64,000 bases of DNA. Origin: Selaginella moellendorffii (Eukaryota > Plantae > Lycopodiophyta). Below the pieces are notes generated by a model that saw only the letters and a program-made list of their open reading frames with translations, did no database searches and was not told the DNA's origin. The position numbers and the translations under genes were made by a program. The stretch lies in the NCBI RefSeq assembly GCF_000143415.4, contig NW_003314279.1:2120866-2184865 (forward strand), read 5' to 3'. Below are positions 61,380 through 64,000 of this stretch, piece after piece (the first letter of the stretch is position 1; the number at the start of each line of letters is the position of its first letter).

Positions 61380-61630
61380 CGACGTGGCGGCGGGCTTTCC
61401 ACGCGTGCGGCCACGTCGGCATAAAGGCGGAAAGCGCGCGGCGCGAGTCAATGAATGCGAGATGCTTCGTCGCGTGGACGCCGACGGCGACATATCTATC
61501 TATCTATCTCTGACACGTCACTTGGCCGCCCCGTAGTACGTGGACGTGTTCTCCTCCCTCCCTTTTGTTGCGTTGCGGGCTCCCGAGATTCGGATTACCT
61601 GGCTGTGGCTTGCCTGTCGTCCACGTCAGG
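61380..61630. promoter_or_regulatory. Cluster of ACGT-core (ABRE/G-box-like) and CGCGT coupling-like motifs
   Basis: gacgtggc, ccacgcgtgc, ccacgtcg, acacgtca, tacgtgg, gacgtgt and ccacgtca within 250 bp. Confidence 0.5.
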
Positions 61631-63368
61631 CGATATGGCCATCCATCCCATCATCCGGCCCCCATGCGCCCATTGGTCTAGCGTGGCCTCGGCAAAAACG
61701 GTTGATGTGGATGATACTGCGCGCCAAAAGTCAGAATGTAAAACGTGCTCGATCGCATTTCATGCAGTGACGTGAAGCGCCAACTTTTTTTTTTTTGGAC
61801 CCATTTCTTTCCCTTGCGGCCGTACACTATTGGCATCTCAATCAAAGCAGTTGGTCACAACCATATCGCGACCAAAAACCCCCCCCAAGAGAGAATTAGA
61901 AACGAGTTTTTGGCCACAAGAAAAAAATGAGACAAAATGTTTTGGTCATGCGCTTTTTTCGTTGCGTAGCGCCCGAAGTCTAGATGCCCGGTGGACCAGG
62001 TGATGCATTGTTTTTTTTTCCCTGTGATGTGTGTGTGGTGTTCTAGAAGCCCGCAAGGCGAGAGGGGAGACCCCGCGTCTATTCTTTGCGAGCGTTGAGC
62101 TTCAAAGCAGTTGCCTGTGGGTGGGATTTTGGGCAAAATCAATTCAAGCCAATCGAGATTGACACCGGGCACCGCCTTTATCTGTGTCAACAAGCCCCAT
62201 CTGGAAAATGGCACCAACCCTTTTTCCCCTTTCAAAGCTTTTGTGTGGCCGCGTACCACAAGCCCGAAAATGCTGCATGCGCCTCTCTTTCACACGGCAA
62301 AAACTACCAAGGATTAGATCCATAGGTCACTGAATCTCGTTTCTTTTAAGATGAGATAGGATTAGATAAGGTTAAAGATCACGCCCATGACGTGTGGAGC
62401 GAGTGAATGGCCGCCACCTCCGCCACCTTGAATCCCCCATTATAAATTTACAGCCAGCCCGTGTGTACTCTCCAACGCGGAGGAGTTTAAACAAAGAATA
62501 TCCCGGGAAATATATTGCTGTGTCAGTCAAGGAGCTCTCTCTCTCAAGCAACGAGAAAGAAAAGAAAAGCCTCCCCCAACTCAAAAGCAAACCTAAAAGC
62601 TTATCCTCTTATCCTAAAACCGCCAGCCCGGCAGCAAGCAAATGGGGGGATGAGATCACAGCCAAGATCCCCATCGCGCATCCCCATCCCATCCCATACC
62701 ACCACACTACCCATTGGATAAGGCCCCCCCGGGCGTTTTTTAAAATCCCGCGCACCGACGGCCAGGATCTCCCCTGCCCCGGAATGCCCGGCACATCCGA
62801 CGGCCGCGATGCGCCCCCGGAATGTCGTGCAAGCCAAGGCCCCCAAATGCTTCGAGCTTATCCAGTGGGCTTGTGAGATCAGACTGACTGGAAAACAAGC
62901 CTATCCGCATCATCGTAGGTACGTTAAGTAAAAAAGCCAGGATTTTTACCCGCGGGGGAGGTAAAAAACCGACACCCACGCCTCTATCTCTTGTGGGGGG
63001 AAAGAGGAAAACAATAAAATTAAAACCTCGTTCGTTGGTCTGGGGGGTCCGTGTTATATCATCCACAGCGTGGTAGTGAGATTCGCCCTAAGCGCGGTGT
63101 GGACGAAGAAGAGGAGGAGCTCGTAGCGTTCTCTCCAATCTTCGCCTTTTTATCTCTTCTTGCCCGCCCTCTGTGAGAGTTCTTCGGTTGGAAGGAAGAG
63201 GATCTAATCTCGAGTGGGAGCTCCCGCCGGGCGTTGGTTGTATTCGGCGAAGCTTGGGGGATAAGAGGGAATCCACGCTTTGATACCTTCGTTCTCCTCT
63301 GGCGGTAGATGATCCTCCAGCCCAGCGCGCGCATTCGCATTCCAGTGGCGATTTGGGCGGGATTGGAG

Positions 63369-64000
63369 ATGGAGAGCGGCAGCGATCGGTCGCCAGTGGA
63401 GGAGAAGAGTAATCCGCGGGATCATCACCATCCCCAGCACCAGCTAGGGAAGCTCCAGATGCTGCCGGCATTGCCAAGGATTGTGCTGGTTGTGGAGTCG
63501 ATTGGAGATTTCCAGGCGCGGCACGGCGGCGATGGGGGCGATTCCTCCTCTTCCCCTCGCTGCTCCTCCACGTCCACCTCCTCCATCGGCGCCTCCGATT
63601 TGGGCGAGAATGTGGATGAGAGCAATGAGGTGGAAAGCCCCCTGCGCGATTCGTCCTCGTCGGGGCCCCTGGAGCGCATGGAGACGCTGGAATCCTCGCT
63701 GCCGCTCAAGTAAGCAGTGTTCTTCCCCCATTTCATTTTCCTTGCTCTTCCAAGAAGCTCTCTCCTCATTCTTTGTCTCTTCGCGCGATTCCAGGCGAGG
63801 ATTGTCGCAGTTCTTCGATGGCAAGTCGAGATCTTTCACATCGCTCAAGGAGGTGGCGTCGGCAGCATCGGCGACGCAGCTGCGCAAGCCCGAGTACCCA
63901 TTCAAGCGGCGGAAGATGGTGATGCACAGCCAGATGCGCAGCCGCGCCAAATCCTCCTCCAATCTCCGCAAGATGCTGGGCCGCGCCGGGGGCGAGGCGT
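63369..64000 (+). CDS. OXS3-family protein (oxidative stress 3 / MTD1-like), truncated by the window end
   Basis: SSSIG..S, EVESP, GPLERMETLESSLPLK|RGLSQFFDGKSRSFTSL, LRKPEYPFKRRK across a GT-AG intron. The start could be 63309. Confidence 0.88.

Noticed and set aside
61855-63340. Several 60-160 aa ORFs upstream of the OXS3-like gene
   Set aside because: No motifs or coding-like features. More consistent with promoter and 5' UTR.

Overview
Gene-dense eukaryotic plant nuclear DNA. The 40-70 bp introns, tiny intergenic gaps and long PPR genes built from short repeats point to a Selaginella-like lycophyte (inference). Genes, left to right: Nup62, HI0933-family flavoprotein, V-ATPase subunit d, SAM methyltransferase, PPR, two uncharacterised plant proteins, R3H-domain protein, vicilin-like cupin, tRNA-Arg(CCG), GRF transcription factor, two more PPRs, TilS/RSY3, kelch-repeat protein, a small probable plastid protein, Nup58, histidinol dehydrogenase, YAE1-like, and OXS3-like (cut by the window end). 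Mobile and decayed DNA: a solo LTR (1602-2716), a complete but inactivated Ty3/gypsy element (47791-54399) carrying a nested relative of that LTR, and a rearranged block (55.7-60.0 kb) with two inverted histidinol dehydrogenase pseudogenes plus F-box and LINE fragments. I cannot establish a wholly new biological system from sequence alone. The best leads are: a tRNA-Arg with an apparent CCT-to-CCG anticodon switch, the inverted pseudogene pair (possible hairpin/siRNA source), a GRF lacking the miR396 site, an atypical gypsy element, and very tight gene packing with a recurring sense-strand telo-box. Exon boundaries were read by eye, and multi-exon CDS coordinates span start to stop codon.
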